Shown here piece after piece: positions 18,251 to 27,752 of a stretch of 64,000 nt of DNA (position 1 is its first letter; each line of letters opens with the position of its first letter). The stretch spans positions 73 through 64,072 of the forward strand of contig JAEEJO010000045.1 in assembly GCA_016281915.1 (NCBI GenBank). Reading direction: 5' to 3'. This DNA is from Clostridiales bacterium (lineage in GTDB: Bacteria > Bacillota > Clostridia > Oscillospirales > UBA644). The notes below the pieces were generated by a model. That model was not told the DNA's origin, ran no database searches, and worked only from the letters and a program-made list of their open reading frames with translations. The translations under genes were made by a program, and so were the position numbers.

Positions 18251-18309
18251 TACATTAACAAAAAGACAGATAATGCATTGTATTAATATATGATCGAAAG
18301 GCGAGAGCA

Positions 18310-19803
18310 ATGAACAGCGAAAACACCAATATCGCAAATGAGACCGAAAACAAAACGGAAGAAGCAGAAGTAAAAGAAATTCAGGAAAATACGGTAGATA
18401 AAAAGACGGAACCGGATGCAGAGCCTGAAAAAACCGCAGAAGCAGAGCCCGCACCTTCTGCCGATAACGAAGCAAAACCCGCAGAAGATGAAGCTGCCAC
18501 AAAGATATTCCGCCCCGTTTCCGATAATAACATGTCAGAGCAGGATACTGATGAGGATTTCGAAGAGACGACCGAAGAGGTCGAGGAAAGACCTGTAAAA
18601 AAAGCTTCAAAAACAAGCCCGATCCGAATTGCGATCCTTGTTATCTGCATCGCCGTTTTTGCCTTTTCCGGATATAAGATAGTAATGGAAATAATTGACG
18701 GCGTCAATACCGATAAAATGTCTGAAGATATACGTGATTCGGTCAGAATTGACGACGGTGAAACAGAAGAGGGACACGATGATATAAACGTTCCTCCCGC
18801 ACCTATAGATCCCAACGTTTCCGGCTCGGGAACGGGAAAAACACCGGCGCAGAACTCTTCAGGAAATGCAGAGAGCACACAGGGCATCGAAGAGGCGCAG
18901 AACAACGAAAATACCGATAAATCCGAAAATACTGATAATACCGGCAGCAGCGAACAGACGCAGACTGAAACGACAACGCCTGCCGATAATACCCAGGAAT
19001 CTTCCGAAACTGTTGAAAATCAGCAGTATGATGACAGAACATACGAAGAAGAGCTTCAGGAACAGGAAGAGGCTCCCGAGGATACGCAGTATTATATATC
19101 GCGTCCTTCAAAAGACAAGGATGTAAAAGATGTCGGCGTCGTGATCCGTCCCGAAGAGATTAAAATGACTTCCGTTCCCTATCTTCGCGTCAGCAACCTC
19201 AAAAGTCTTCTTCGCGTAAATGAAGATACCGTAGGCTGGATATATATGCCCGGATCTAAGGAAGAGGCAAAGGGCACTCCCATAGATACCGCGATAGTTC
19301 AGACGACTGATAACGAATATTATCTTGACCATACTTTTGATAAAAAAGAAAACGCCAACGGATGGGTCTATGCCGATTATCGCTGCAATCTTGACAGCAT
19401 CACAAGCAACTACAACACCGTTATTTACGGCCATGCAAGAAGCTATACGATGTTCGGCGGACTGAAAAATCTCAATGAAGCGGTAGAATGGTATTCTGAC
19501 GGCTACAATCATTTTATTAAGATCAATACTTTCAAGGACGAAACCGTATGGCAGATATTCTCATGGTATGAAACGGATATCTATTACGATTATATAAAAA
19601 CAGATTTTGCGGATTCAAACGATTTCATCCGTTTTGCATACGACGTTCAGCGCAAGAATCAGATGACAGGCGTTTTTGAAACGTTCGAATTCAGCGAAAA
19701 CGACAGAATACTCACCCTTTCAACGTGCAAAGGCTTTGACAGAGCCGTCCGCGTTGCGGTCCACGCAAAACTTGTAAAACGCAACGACCTGACTGCTCAG
19801 TAA
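18310..19803 (+). CDS. class B sortase with long acidic disordered regions on both sides of one TM anchor
   Basis: VGWIY, DNEYYL, IYGHA, TLSTC, R; TM at about aa 106-125. Confidence 0.88.
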   Translation: MNSENTNIANETENKTEEAEVKEIQENTVDKKTEPDAEPEKTAEAEPAPSADNEAKPAEDEAATKIFRPVSDNNMSEQDTDEDFEETTEEVEERPVKKASKTSPIRIAILVICIAVFAFSGYKIVMEIIDGVNTDKMSEDIRDSVRIDDGETEEGHDDINVPPAPIDPNVSGSGTGKTPAQNSSGNAESTQGIEEAQNNENTDKSENTDNTGSSEQTQTETTTPADNTQESSETVENQQYDDRTYEEELQEQEEAPEDTQYYISRPSKDKDVKDVGVVIRPEEIKMTSVPYLRVSNLKSLLRVNEDTVGWIYMPGSKEEAKGTPIDTAIVQTTDNEYYLDHTFDKKENANGWVYADYRCNLDSITSNYNTVIYGHARSYTMFGGLKNLNEAVEWYSDGYNHFIKINTFKDETVWQIFSWYETDIYYDYIKTDFADSNDFIRFAYDVQRKNQMTGVFETFEFSENDRILTLSTCKGFDRAVRVAVHAKLVKRNDLTAQ

Positions 19804-19818
19804 AAGGAGAGACCTGAA

Positions 19819-20316
19819 ATGGCTGACATGCTCGTCAAACTCTTCACGCTTCCGCCCCTTCAGCCCGAACTCGAAAAAATGTCTAAGCTCGGCATAACCG
19901 TTCGCAGACCTATCGGACCTGAAAACTATGCGGTAACGGAATGGATAAAAAAATACTTTCCTGCGTCGCTCTGGGCGGCAGAAGCTGAAAATGCGTTTTT
20001 CAACAGTCCCAAAACTATTTATATCGCGCTCAGGGAAGGCGAAAACGGCAGTGAAATGCTCGGCTTTGCCTGCTGGGACGCTACGGTCCGCAATTTCTTC
20101 GGTCCTACAGGCGTAAAGGAGAGCGAACGCGGAAAAGGTATAGGCAGAGCTCTTTTGCTTGCATGCCTTCACGGAATGCGCGAGGACGGCTATGCATACG
20201 GAATAATAGGCAGTCCCGGACCGATCGATTTTTATAAAAAATGCTGCGGAGGCGTTATGATAGAAGGGTCGGGAGAAAGCGTTTATAAGGGCATGTTTAC
20301 CGGCAAAATAATGTAA
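19819..20316 (+). CDS. GNAT family N-acetyltransferase
   Basis: FFGPTGV...RGKGIGRALL...FY motif. Confidence 0.88.
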   Translation: MADMLVKLFTLPPLQPELEKMSKLGITVRRPIGPENYAVTEWIKKYFPASLWAAEAENAFFNSPKTIYIALREGENGSEMLGFACWDATVRNFFGPTGVKESERGKGIGRALLLACLHGMREDGYAYGIIGSPGPIDFYKKCCGGVMIEGSGESVYKGMFTGKIM

Positions 20317-20328
20317 AATGCAAAAAAC

Positions 20329-20362
20329 AGAGCGTAAGAAAAACTTACGCTCTTTTATTTTT
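20329..20362. terminator. bidirectional intrinsic terminator
   Basis: AGAGCGTAAG-aaaaa-CTTACGCTCT flanked by A and T tracts between convergent genes. Confidence 0.78.
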
Positions 20363-20367
20363 TCTGT

Positions 20368-21951
20368 TTATTTCAGATATTGCTTCCACGGAATTTTCGG
20401 CGCGGAGATAACTCTTACGCATGATCTGTCGTCATAGATCGCGGCAGCGCCGTTTTCTCTTACGGTAAACATAACTTCAAATTCCGCTTCGCCTTTTTTA
20501 GTTAAGTGGATGCAGTCTTTTATCATACCCTTTGACAGTGCCGCATCGACCGTTCTTGAGGAAACGAAACGTCCGTCGCTTTCAAACAGTATTCCTTTTT
20601 CTGTCATACTGTCTATTGCGTCTTCAACGGCTGTCTTTCTCGAAAGCGCGTTAAACGTGTCCGCTGTTTTGAAATATCCGTCTTCTTCAAGTCCGTCCCT
20701 GAGTCTTGCGCAGATTTCCGGGCGGACGAGGTCGTCAGCTTCGAACGGGTTACGGAAATTCAGTATCTGTGAAAGACAGTAAAGTGAAAATTCGTCATAG
20801 TCAAACGAAATATCCGCGGAAGGGATCGTTTTTTCTGTTCCGGAAATGTCGAATACATCGGATATCCATGAGCAAAGAGCATTAATATCGGCAAAAATGC
20901 GGATCTCGCAAACGTCGTTGCCGTTTACGGAATACCAGTTTCCGCCGCACGTGCAGAAGGTGTATTTGCCTGAAAAAACAGTGTCAAAATGAATTACGGT
21001 TTTTGCAAGGGCAATTTCTTCAAGGCATAATGCGGTATTGTCTTCTGCTTTAAGTCCGCCGTCTGTTTTTACAACTATACCCTCAAGAATAAGATTTGCA
21101 AGAGTGTCGCCTCTGTCTTTTCTGTCAGGAGTCATAAAGGGGGAAATCCCGTTCGGCGTTATTCGCATAACGTTCAGAAGGACAGCAAGCTCATCCTGTG
21201 AAAATGTAACGTCCGGTTCGTCCGCAGGCGAAAAAACAGCCGTTTCGGGTCGCGCCTTGCCGGAAATTGCTAAAGTTTTATAAAGCTTGTATGCGCCGCT
21301 CGATCTGTTTTCGGCAACAGGCGGTTTTTCAGGTTCTTGCGCCGATAATTCATCTTCATAATCATTATCATCGGGTTCAGATTCAGTGTCCTGTATCTTT
21401 ACTTCTTCCGGTTCGGGATGAGCCGCGATTTTCTTTGCAAAAAAGTCGGTTCTTCTTGCGGCAGCGGCAAGTACGATAAGAATAAGCGAAAATAAGATCG
21501 AAAGAACGGGGATAAGCGCGCTTTTCGGTCTAAGAATATTCAGAGATGAAATTTCTCCTGTCCGTCTTTGCTGTTCTGCAAATAATACGGCTTCTCTGTC
21601 ACTTCTGCAGTCGCAGAGAATACACGGTTTTTCGCATCCCGAGCAGAGCTTTGACGTGTAAGCGCTGTATTGACCGGTAGTATCCGTCAGGGTCGCGGCG
21701 CCGCACCAGCAGTTGCAGGTGCATGAATACATATTTTGTCCGCATTTAGTGCAGTCAAAAGCGGAATGCCCGTTTTCTGTTTCGGGATAGTAATCCCTGC
21801 CGCAGAAGCAATGCGAGCTGATGATTGCAGCATACGCGTTTTCCGGCTGTGTTTCTGCCTGATCGTCAATTCCGCTTTCAGCAAACGACGCAATCGGAGT
21901 AAATACGGTTATGAATGCTAAAAGCAGCAGCAAAAGTCTCTTCTTTTTCAC
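20368..21951 (-). CDS. hypothetical single-pass membrane protein with Cys-rich ectodomain
   Basis: GTG start behind GGAGG overlapping the upstream stop; signal peptide (ASFA/ES), 13 Cys within 68 aa, TM helix, acidic linker, about 280 aa globular tail. Confidence 0.75.
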   Translation of the reverse strand: MKKKRLLLLLLAFITVFTPIASFAESGIDDQAETQPENAYAAIISSHCFCGRDYYPETENGHSAFDCTKCGQNMYSCTCNCWCGAATLTDTTGQYSAYTSKLCSGCEKPCILCDCRSDREAVLFAEQQRRTGEISSLNILRPKSALIPVLSILFSLILIVLAAAARRTDFFAKKIAAHPEPEEVKIQDTESEPDDNDYEDELSAQEPEKPPVAENRSSGAYKLYKTLAISGKARPETAVFSPADEPDVTFSQDELAVLLNVMRITPNGISPFMTPDRKDRGDTLANLILEGIVVKTDGGLKAEDNTALCLEEIALAKTVIHFDTVFSGKYTFCTCGGNWYSVNGNDVCEIRIFADINALCSWISDVFDISGTEKTIPSADISFDYDEFSLYCLSQILNFRNPFEADDLVRPEICARLRDGLEEDGYFKTADTFNALSRKTAVEDAIDSMTEKGILFESDGRFVSSRTVDAALSKGMIKDCIHLTKKGEAEFEVMFTVRENGAAAIYDDRSCVRVISAPKIPWKQYLK

Positions 21952-22364
21952 AGAACAACACCTCCGCAAAGCGATACGACCGCGAACAGGATTATCGAAG
22001 CCGCTCCTGCGCCGGCTATCATGAGTGTGCCGTGCAGCGCTTTTGCTTTATATTTTGCATAAACGTCAATGGTAAGCGCAACGATCCCTGCGGCATAAAA
22101 CGGTAAAAAAAGGTCCCAGCCGAGAATGATTCTCGACGCTATAAGCATTATCGGGAAAGGAAGAAAGTAAAGCCAGTCGGCATAAACGCCGAGAAAACGC
22201 GGGATCAGGTATGAATAAATCAGCAGAACAGCCGCTGAAACGATCAGATAAAAAAACGCTGAAAGAAGAATCGCGCCTATGTCGGCATTAAGCGAAAAAA
22301 TACCGCAGATCCCGGTGAGGATAAGCCCAACGGTGCCTATGATCAGATTTCTGTCTATTTTCAT
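21948..22364 (-). CDS. hypothetical membrane protein (about 5 TM)
   Basis: Almost entirely hydrophobic; AAGGAGG RBS. Confidence 0.75.
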   Translation of the reverse strand: MKIDRNLIIGTVGLILTGICGIFSLNADIGAILLSAFFYLIVSAAVLLIYSYLIPRFLGVYADWLYFLPFPIMLIASRIILGWDLFLPFYAAGIVALTIDVYAKYKAKALHGTLMIAGAGAASIILFAVVSLCGGVVL

Positions 22365-22375
22365 TCGGTGCCTCC

Positions 22376-22978
22376 TTAAAACGACGCGAAAAACAGGATG
22401 TTCAGTCCGAGCATCGCAAGTATCCCGCCAAGCGCCGCAAAAAGAGCGCTTACGATCTTTTTCTCTTCACTGAGATCGAAAATACATCTGAAAACAAATA
22501 CAAGTGAGATAAAAATACCGAGTATTCCAAATGACGACGTTGTGTTTGCGCCTGTAATAAGCCTTATAATGAGCCCTACAAGCTCTACTATAAGCCCGAT
22601 ACCGAAAGAATACTCAACGCTGCCCAGAAAACGAAAACCGTTTATTTCCCTGTCGGCAGCGCGTCCTGCAAGATATGCTATGCCCGTAAGCACTATCGCA
22701 GTAACAAATCCTACGATAATTGCAAAAAATACGAGCAAGAGCGTTTTGAAGCCTGTGGCAGAAGAAAGGAAAGACTGACGTTCAAGCCCGAGATTAAGCG
22801 CAAAAAACAAATATGTCAGGCACGGCAGAAGGATGCCCGCAAAAACATATTCGGAATTAGTGCGTTTGTATGCGTATTCCGGGTGGACGCAAAGCTCGCC
22901 TATCGTATAAGCGGACCGGAGCAGGTCCGTTTTAAGTTCTCCGTTTTTTTTCAAACCGTTCATTCCTTTTATCCGCAT
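22376..22978 (-). CDS. Yip1-like membrane protein
   Basis: N-terminal helix-P..AY pattern followed by five TM helices; exact start uncertain. Confidence 0.55.
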   Translation of the reverse strand: MRIKGMNGLKKNGELKTDLLRSAYTIGELCVHPEYAYKRTNSEYVFAGILLPCLTYLFFALNLGLERQSFLSSATGFKTLLLVFFAIIVGFVTAIVLTGIAYLAGRAADREINGFRFLGSVEYSFGIGLIVELVGLIIRLITGANTTSSFGILGIFISLVFVFRCIFDLSEEKKIVSALFAALGGILAMLGLNILFFASF

Positions 22979-23099
22979 AAAACTGCGGTTTTTCGGATCC
23001 CCGCATTATTTTATGATGCTGTTTGATGATGCGGGATATCTTTTCTTTATCGCATACGCATTCGTCCGTCGGTTTTGCGATGCAATATCACTTCTTTTT

Positions 23100-23128
23100 A
23101 TTATACCACATTTTATCTCATTTTGCAA
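23100..23128 (-). promoter_or_regulatory. sigma-A promoter of Yip1-like operon
   Basis: TTGCAA-17 nt-TATAAT with extended TG. Confidence 0.7.
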
Positions 23129-23141
23129 GAGGGGATATATC

Positions 23142-23170
23142 TTGACAAAACATATAATTTGTGATATTAT
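23142..23170 (+). promoter_or_regulatory. sigma-A promoter
   Basis: TTGACA-17 nt-TATTAT with extended TG. Confidence 0.7.
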
Positions 23171-23207
23171 ATAAAATTATAATAATACCCGTAAGGATTG
23201 AAATAAA

Positions 23208-24389
23208 ATGATTTTTTCAGATAATATTTCAGGCGTCAAACCTTCTGCAATAAGAGAGATATTCAAGGTCCTCGGCGACCCTTCGATCATCTCCCTTGCA
23301 GGCGGAAACCCTGATCCCTCAACCTTTCCCGCGGACAAAATGGCTGTGATAGCCAATGAACTTCTGACAAAAAATCCGACCGCGGCTTTGCAATACGGCA
23401 TCACGGAAGGATACGCGCCTCTGCGCGAACAGCTCGCGGCAAGACTGGAAAGCAGATTCGGTATTAAAAGAGCCGGCAACACCGTGCTCGTTGTTACCGG
23501 AGGCCAGCAGGGCATAGACCTCACAACAAAGGTCCTCTGCAATCCCGGTGACACCGTAATCTGCGAAGAACCGTCTTTTATCGGCGCGCTGAACTGTTTT
23601 CGCACATACGGCACAAAGCTCAGAGGCGTACCGATGCAGGATGACGGTATAGACACTCAGGAGCTTGAAAAGGCGCTGAAAGAAGAGAAACGCGCGAAAC
23701 TCATTTATCTGATTCCCACGTTCCAGAACCCGATGGGCGTAACGATGTCTGCGGAAAAGAGAAAAAAGGTTTATGAACTTGCGGTAAAATACGGCGTTAC
23801 GGTCCTCGAAGATAACCCGTACGGAGAGCTCAGATTTGCAGGCGATGATATCCTGCCCATAAAAGCGCTTGACGACAAAGGAACGGTCGTTTATTGCGGC
23901 TCTTTTTCAAAGGTTCTTTCCCCCGGTATACGTATAGGTTTCGTTTCCGCTCCCGAGGAGATAGCCAAAAAACTCGTCGTTGCAAAACAGGTAACGGATG
24001 TTCATACCAATATCTTCTGGCAGATGCTTATTTCACAGTTTCTTGACAGATATGATATAGACGAACATATAAACAGGATCAAGGCGATATACAAAACAAA
24101 ATGCAGCTGCATCACGTCTGCGCTCGATAAATATATCCCGGCGGACCGCTTCTGGCGCTCGTCTCCCGAGGGCGGTATCTTCATCTATGCACGCTTTTTC
24201 GGAGAAGACGCGGGAGAGCTGAGCAAAAAGCTCGTGGAAAGAAAAGTTGCTGTCGTTCCCGGAACCGCATTCCAGACAGACGAAAATGCAAAAACGGAAT
24301 ACGTCCGTCTCAACTACTCGATGCCTACTTGCGAAAATATCGAACGCGCTGTTAAAACGATAGGAGATTATCTTAATGGAAAACGTTAA
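23208..24389 (+). CDS. PLP-dependent class I aminotransferase (LysN/ARO8-like)
   Basis: SLAGGNP, PTFQNPMG, EDNPY, GSFSKVLSPGIRIG. Confidence 0.9.
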   Translation: MIFSDNISGVKPSAIREIFKVLGDPSIISLAGGNPDPSTFPADKMAVIANELLTKNPTAALQYGITEGYAPLREQLAARLESRFGIKRAGNTVLVVTGGQQGIDLTTKVLCNPGDTVICEEPSFIGALNCFRTYGTKLRGVPMQDDGIDTQELEKALKEEKRAKLIYLIPTFQNPMGVTMSAEKRKKVYELAVKYGVTVLEDNPYGELRFAGDDILPIKALDDKGTVVYCGSFSKVLSPGIRIGFVSAPEEIAKKLVVAKQVTDVHTNIFWQMLISQFLDRYDIDEHINRIKAIYKTKCSCITSALDKYIPADRFWRSSPEGGIFIYARFFGEDAGELSKKLVERKVAVVPGTAFQTDENAKTEYVRLNYSMPTCENIERAVKTIGDYLNGKR

Positions 24390-25374
24390 AAAAACGATTC
24401 TCAGCGGTATCAAGCCGACCGGAAATCTTAACATAGGCGGTTATCTTGGAGCCGTAAAAAACTGGATAAAAATGCAGGATGACTATAACTGCCTTTACTG
24501 TATTGCCGACCTTCACTCTCTTACCATACGCATAGATCCCTCCGTTCTGAGAAAGAATTCTATTGAGCTCTTTGCGCTCTATCTTGCATGCGGGCTCGAT
24601 CCCGAAAAGAACACCATCTTTTTCCAGAGCCACGTTACTCAGCATGCCGAGCTTGCATGGGTGCTTGACTGCTATACGATGTTCGGCGAACTTTCAAGAA
24701 TGACTCAGTTCAAAGATAAATCCGCAAAAAACGCGGAAAATATAAATGCAGGTCTTTTCACCTATCCCGTGCTTATGGCTGCCGATATCCTTCTTTATCA
24801 GGCAAACCTTGTTCCGGTAGGCGAGGATCAGACTCAGCACGTTGAGATATGCAGGGATATCGCAAACAGATTCAACGGCGTTTACGGTGAAGTATTCACC
24901 CTTCCCGAAGCGTATACTCCGAAAGTAGGCGCGAGAGTAAAATCTCTTACAAATCCTTCTGCCAAAATGTCAAAGAGCGATGACGACGATAACGGAACGG
25001 TAAATCTGCTTGATCCCCGGGACGTTGTCATCCGCAAATTCCGCAAAGCCGTAACAGACAGCGAAGCGTGTGTCCGCTATGCTCCCGGAAAAGACGGAAT
25101 AAACAATCTCATGTCCATCTATTCGGCTGTTACCGGAAAATCTTTTGAGGATATCGAGAAGGAATTTGACGGCAAAGGCTACGGCGATTTCAAGCTTGCC
25201 GTCGGCGAGGCCGTTTCGGATATGCTTGCGGGAATACAGGATAAATATAAAGTCTATACTTCCGACAGGGCTCAGCTCGAAGCGATTTACAGACAAGGAG
25301 CAGACAGGGCGAGATATATCGCGAACAAAACGCTTACCAAGGTTTACAAAAAAGTCGGGCTGATCGCAAAATGA
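24376..25374 (+). CDS. trpS: tryptophan--tRNA ligase
   Basis: SGIKPTG, YPVLMAADIL, VPVGEDQTQH, KMSKS. Confidence 0.96.
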   Translation: MENVKKTILSGIKPTGNLNIGGYLGAVKNWIKMQDDYNCLYCIADLHSLTIRIDPSVLRKNSIELFALYLACGLDPEKNTIFFQSHVTQHAELAWVLDCYTMFGELSRMTQFKDKSAKNAENINAGLFTYPVLMAADILLYQANLVPVGEDQTQHVEICRDIANRFNGVYGEVFTLPEAYTPKVGARVKSLTNPSAKMSKSDDDDNGTVNLLDPRDVVIRKFRKAVTDSEACVRYAPGKDGINNLMSIYSAVTGKSFEDIEKEFDGKGYGDFKLAVGEAVSDMLAGIQDKYKVYTSDRAQLEAIYRQGADRARYIANKTLTKVYKKVGLIAK

Positions 25375-25820
25375 AAGCCCCTAAGCCGGATAAAAACGGC
25401 AATTTCGTTTTCAGACAGTCTGCCGTAAAAACAGTCCCTCTTCTGACGGTTGCCGTTCTTTCAGTTCTGATCGCCGTGTTTTCTTTGATATCTCTGATCA
25501 ACGGCAGCTATATCAGCCTGACAGAAGCGGTCGTGCGCATCGCATTGTGCGTCCTGCTTTTTGTTGTTTCACTGCTGATGATCATAAAAAGCCCCGTATA
25601 TGTTATCACGAATGAAAAAGTGCTGCTTTACGGCAAGTGGGAAATTCTTTTTTCCGATATAGAAAGCGTAGATCTTCACGATAATTTCCTCGGAATGCTC
25701 GAGATCAAGGCATCAACGGGCGTTTTTACGGTGTTTTCACACGATATTTCATGCCCGATAAAGGTTTTCAGCGAAATTCTGACAGAAAGGATAACCGTAT
25801 ATGAACAACGAAACGCTTAA
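25371..25820 (+). CDS. hypothetical 2-TM protein with PH-like tail
   Basis: ATGA overlap with trpS; two TM helices then PVYVITNEK...SDI. Confidence 0.7.
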   Translation: MKAPKPDKNGNFVFRQSAVKTVPLLTVAVLSVLIAVFSLISLINGSYISLTEAVVRIALCVLLFVVSLLMIIKSPVYVITNEKVLLYGKWEILFSDIESVDLHDNFLGMLEIKASTGVFTVFSHDISCPIKVFSEILTERITVYEQRNA

Positions 25821-26256
25821 TGTTTACCGTCCCAAACTCAGAAATGCCTTCTGGGCTGCGGGCTTTCTGCTGCTTTCGGTTCCCGCGCTTATTCTTCTTA
25901 TTTATACGCCCTCCTTTCCTACTGAAACTCTTGCAGAAAAAATAATCAATATCGTTCTTTTCATATTGTCATGGATGCTTTTTGCGATGAGCCTTTTTTC
26001 CGCTCTTCACTGCTTTCGCAATATCTTTTCGAGCCCTTCCGTAGTGTTGACAAACGAAAAACTGTGGGTCATGCGAAAGGGAGAGATTGCCGTAAGCGAT
26101 ATTGATACCGAAAAAACGGACGTCAGAAATAATTCTGTTACCTTTTACGGCAAAAACGGCGAGGAGCTGACCGTGAAAAGCAGAATGATATCAATGCCTG
26201 TCGGAACTCTTGCATATGCGGTCAAGCTCAGGGCAGAGCTTATAAAAGAGCAGTAA
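25801..26256 (+). CDS. hypothetical 2-TM protein with PH-like tail (paralog of previous gene)
   Basis: Two TM helices then PSVVLTNEK...SDI. Confidence 0.7.
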   Translation: MNNETLNVYRPKLRNAFWAAGFLLLSVPALILLIYTPSFPTETLAEKIINIVLFILSWMLFAMSLFSALHCFRNIFSSPSVVLTNEKLWVMRKGEIAVSDIDTEKTDVRNNSVTFYGKNGEELTVKSRMISMPVGTLAYAVKLRAELIKEQ

Positions 26257-26274
26257 TCATTCAGGGGTGGTGTT

Positions 26275-26871
26275 ATGAAGATCCTGCTTACAGGTTTTGA
26301 ACCGTTCGGCGGCGAAGAGGTAAATCCGTCGTGGCTTTCGGTTGAAGAAGTCGCAAGAAAAGCGGATTTTGCCGTTATAACGCCGCTCCTTCTTCCCGTT
26401 GAATATTTTTCATCCGTCGAGAAAGCTGTAAAGGCCATCACCATTATATCTCCTGATGTAGTCCTGTCTGTCGGTCAGGCGGGCGGGAGAGCGTGCGTCA
26501 GTTTTGAAAATACCGCAGTTAATATCTCAGACAGCGACACACCCGATAATTCCGGAAAGATCCTTCATTCCGTCAACTGTGAAAACGGACCGGAAAAGCT
26601 TTTTTCCACGCTTCCGCTTCGGGATATGGTAGACGCGGTAAATGCAAAGGGGCTTCCGGCATATATCTCGCAAAACGCGGGAAGGTTCGTTTGCAACCAT
26701 GTTTTTTACGGTATTCTTAAGCATATTTCAGATAACAGACTGAATATAAAAGCGGGATTTGCGCACGTTCCGTTTATCCCCGCACAAACGGTCTCAAAAC
26801 CCGAAAGACCGTCGATGTCTCTTGAAAACATAACCGAAACACTTATTGCGGCGCTGTCGGCGCTGAATTGA
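26275..26871 (+). CDS. pcp: pyroglutamyl-peptidase I
   Basis: TGFEPFGG...NPS, GQAGGR, AGRFVCN, GFAHVP. Confidence 0.94.
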   Translation: MKILLTGFEPFGGEEVNPSWLSVEEVARKADFAVITPLLLPVEYFSSVEKAVKAITIISPDVVLSVGQAGGRACVSFENTAVNISDSDTPDNSGKILHSVNCENGPEKLFSTLPLRDMVDAVNAKGLPAYISQNAGRFVCNHVFYGILKHISDNRLNIKAGFAHVPFIPAQTVSKPERPSMSLENITETLIAALSALN

Positions 26872-26884
26872 CACAGGAGGAAAA

Positions 26885-27721
26885 ATGTTTACGATAGGCT
26901 GCCATCTTTCCGCTTCGGAAGGATTTCTCTCTATGGCAAAAACGTCTCTTGCAATTGGCGGTAATACGTTTCAGTATTTTTCAAGAAATCCGAGAGGCAG
27001 TAAAGCGCGTCCCCTTGACAGAGATGATATAGACCGTTTTAATGCTTTTTCGGCAGAAAACGGAATAGAAAAAATTCTCTGTCACGCTCCTTATACCATG
27101 AATGCCTGCTCGTCAGATCCCGGTCTGCGCGATCTTGCAAAAGAGATGATGGCGGACGATCTTTCCCGTCTTTCATACATACCCGGCGCAATGTATAATT
27201 TCCATCCGGGCAGTCATACGGGACAGGGCATTGAAACGGGCATAAATGAAATTGCAGACGTTCTCAACACCGTCCTTACCGCGGATATCAATACTCCCGT
27301 TTTGCTCGAAACCATGGCGGGCAAAGGCTCCGAAGTAGGGTCAAGGTTTGAGGAGATCGCTTTGATAATTGAAAAAACGGATCTTTGCGACAAGCTCGGG
27401 GTATGTCTCGATACGTGCCATGTCAGCGATGCGGGATACGATATCTCTGCAGACCTTGACGGAGTTCTTGATGAATTTGACAGGATAATCGGTCTTGAAA
27501 GGCTTTACGCCGTTCATCTTAACGACAGCATGAATCCTGTGGGGGCTCATAAAGACAGGCATCAGAAAATCGGCGAGGGCACGCTCGGAAAAGAAACGTT
27601 TGAAAAAATCATAAATAACAAAAGGCTTCGCGGACTCCCGTTTTTCCTCGAAACTCCTAACGAGCTTGACGGTTACGCGAATGAAATAAAGCTTCTGAAA
27701 TCTCTTCGACTCGAAGATTGA
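26885..27721 (+). CDS. nfo: endonuclease IV
   Basis: HAPY, FHPGS, LETMAGKGSE, CLDTCH, HLNDS, DRH, LETP. Confidence 0.95.
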   Translation: MFTIGCHLSASEGFLSMAKTSLAIGGNTFQYFSRNPRGSKARPLDRDDIDRFNAFSAENGIEKILCHAPYTMNACSSDPGLRDLAKEMMADDLSRLSYIPGAMYNFHPGSHTGQGIETGINEIADVLNTVLTADINTPVLLETMAGKGSEVGSRFEEIALIIEKTDLCDKLGVCLDTCHVSDAGYDISADLDGVLDEFDRIIGLERLYAVHLNDSMNPVGAHKDRHQKIGEGTLGKETFEKIINNKRLRGLPFFLETPNELDGYANEIKLLKSLRLED

Positions 27722-27752
27722 AATATTTAATTGAAAAAGGTGTAGTTTCCCC

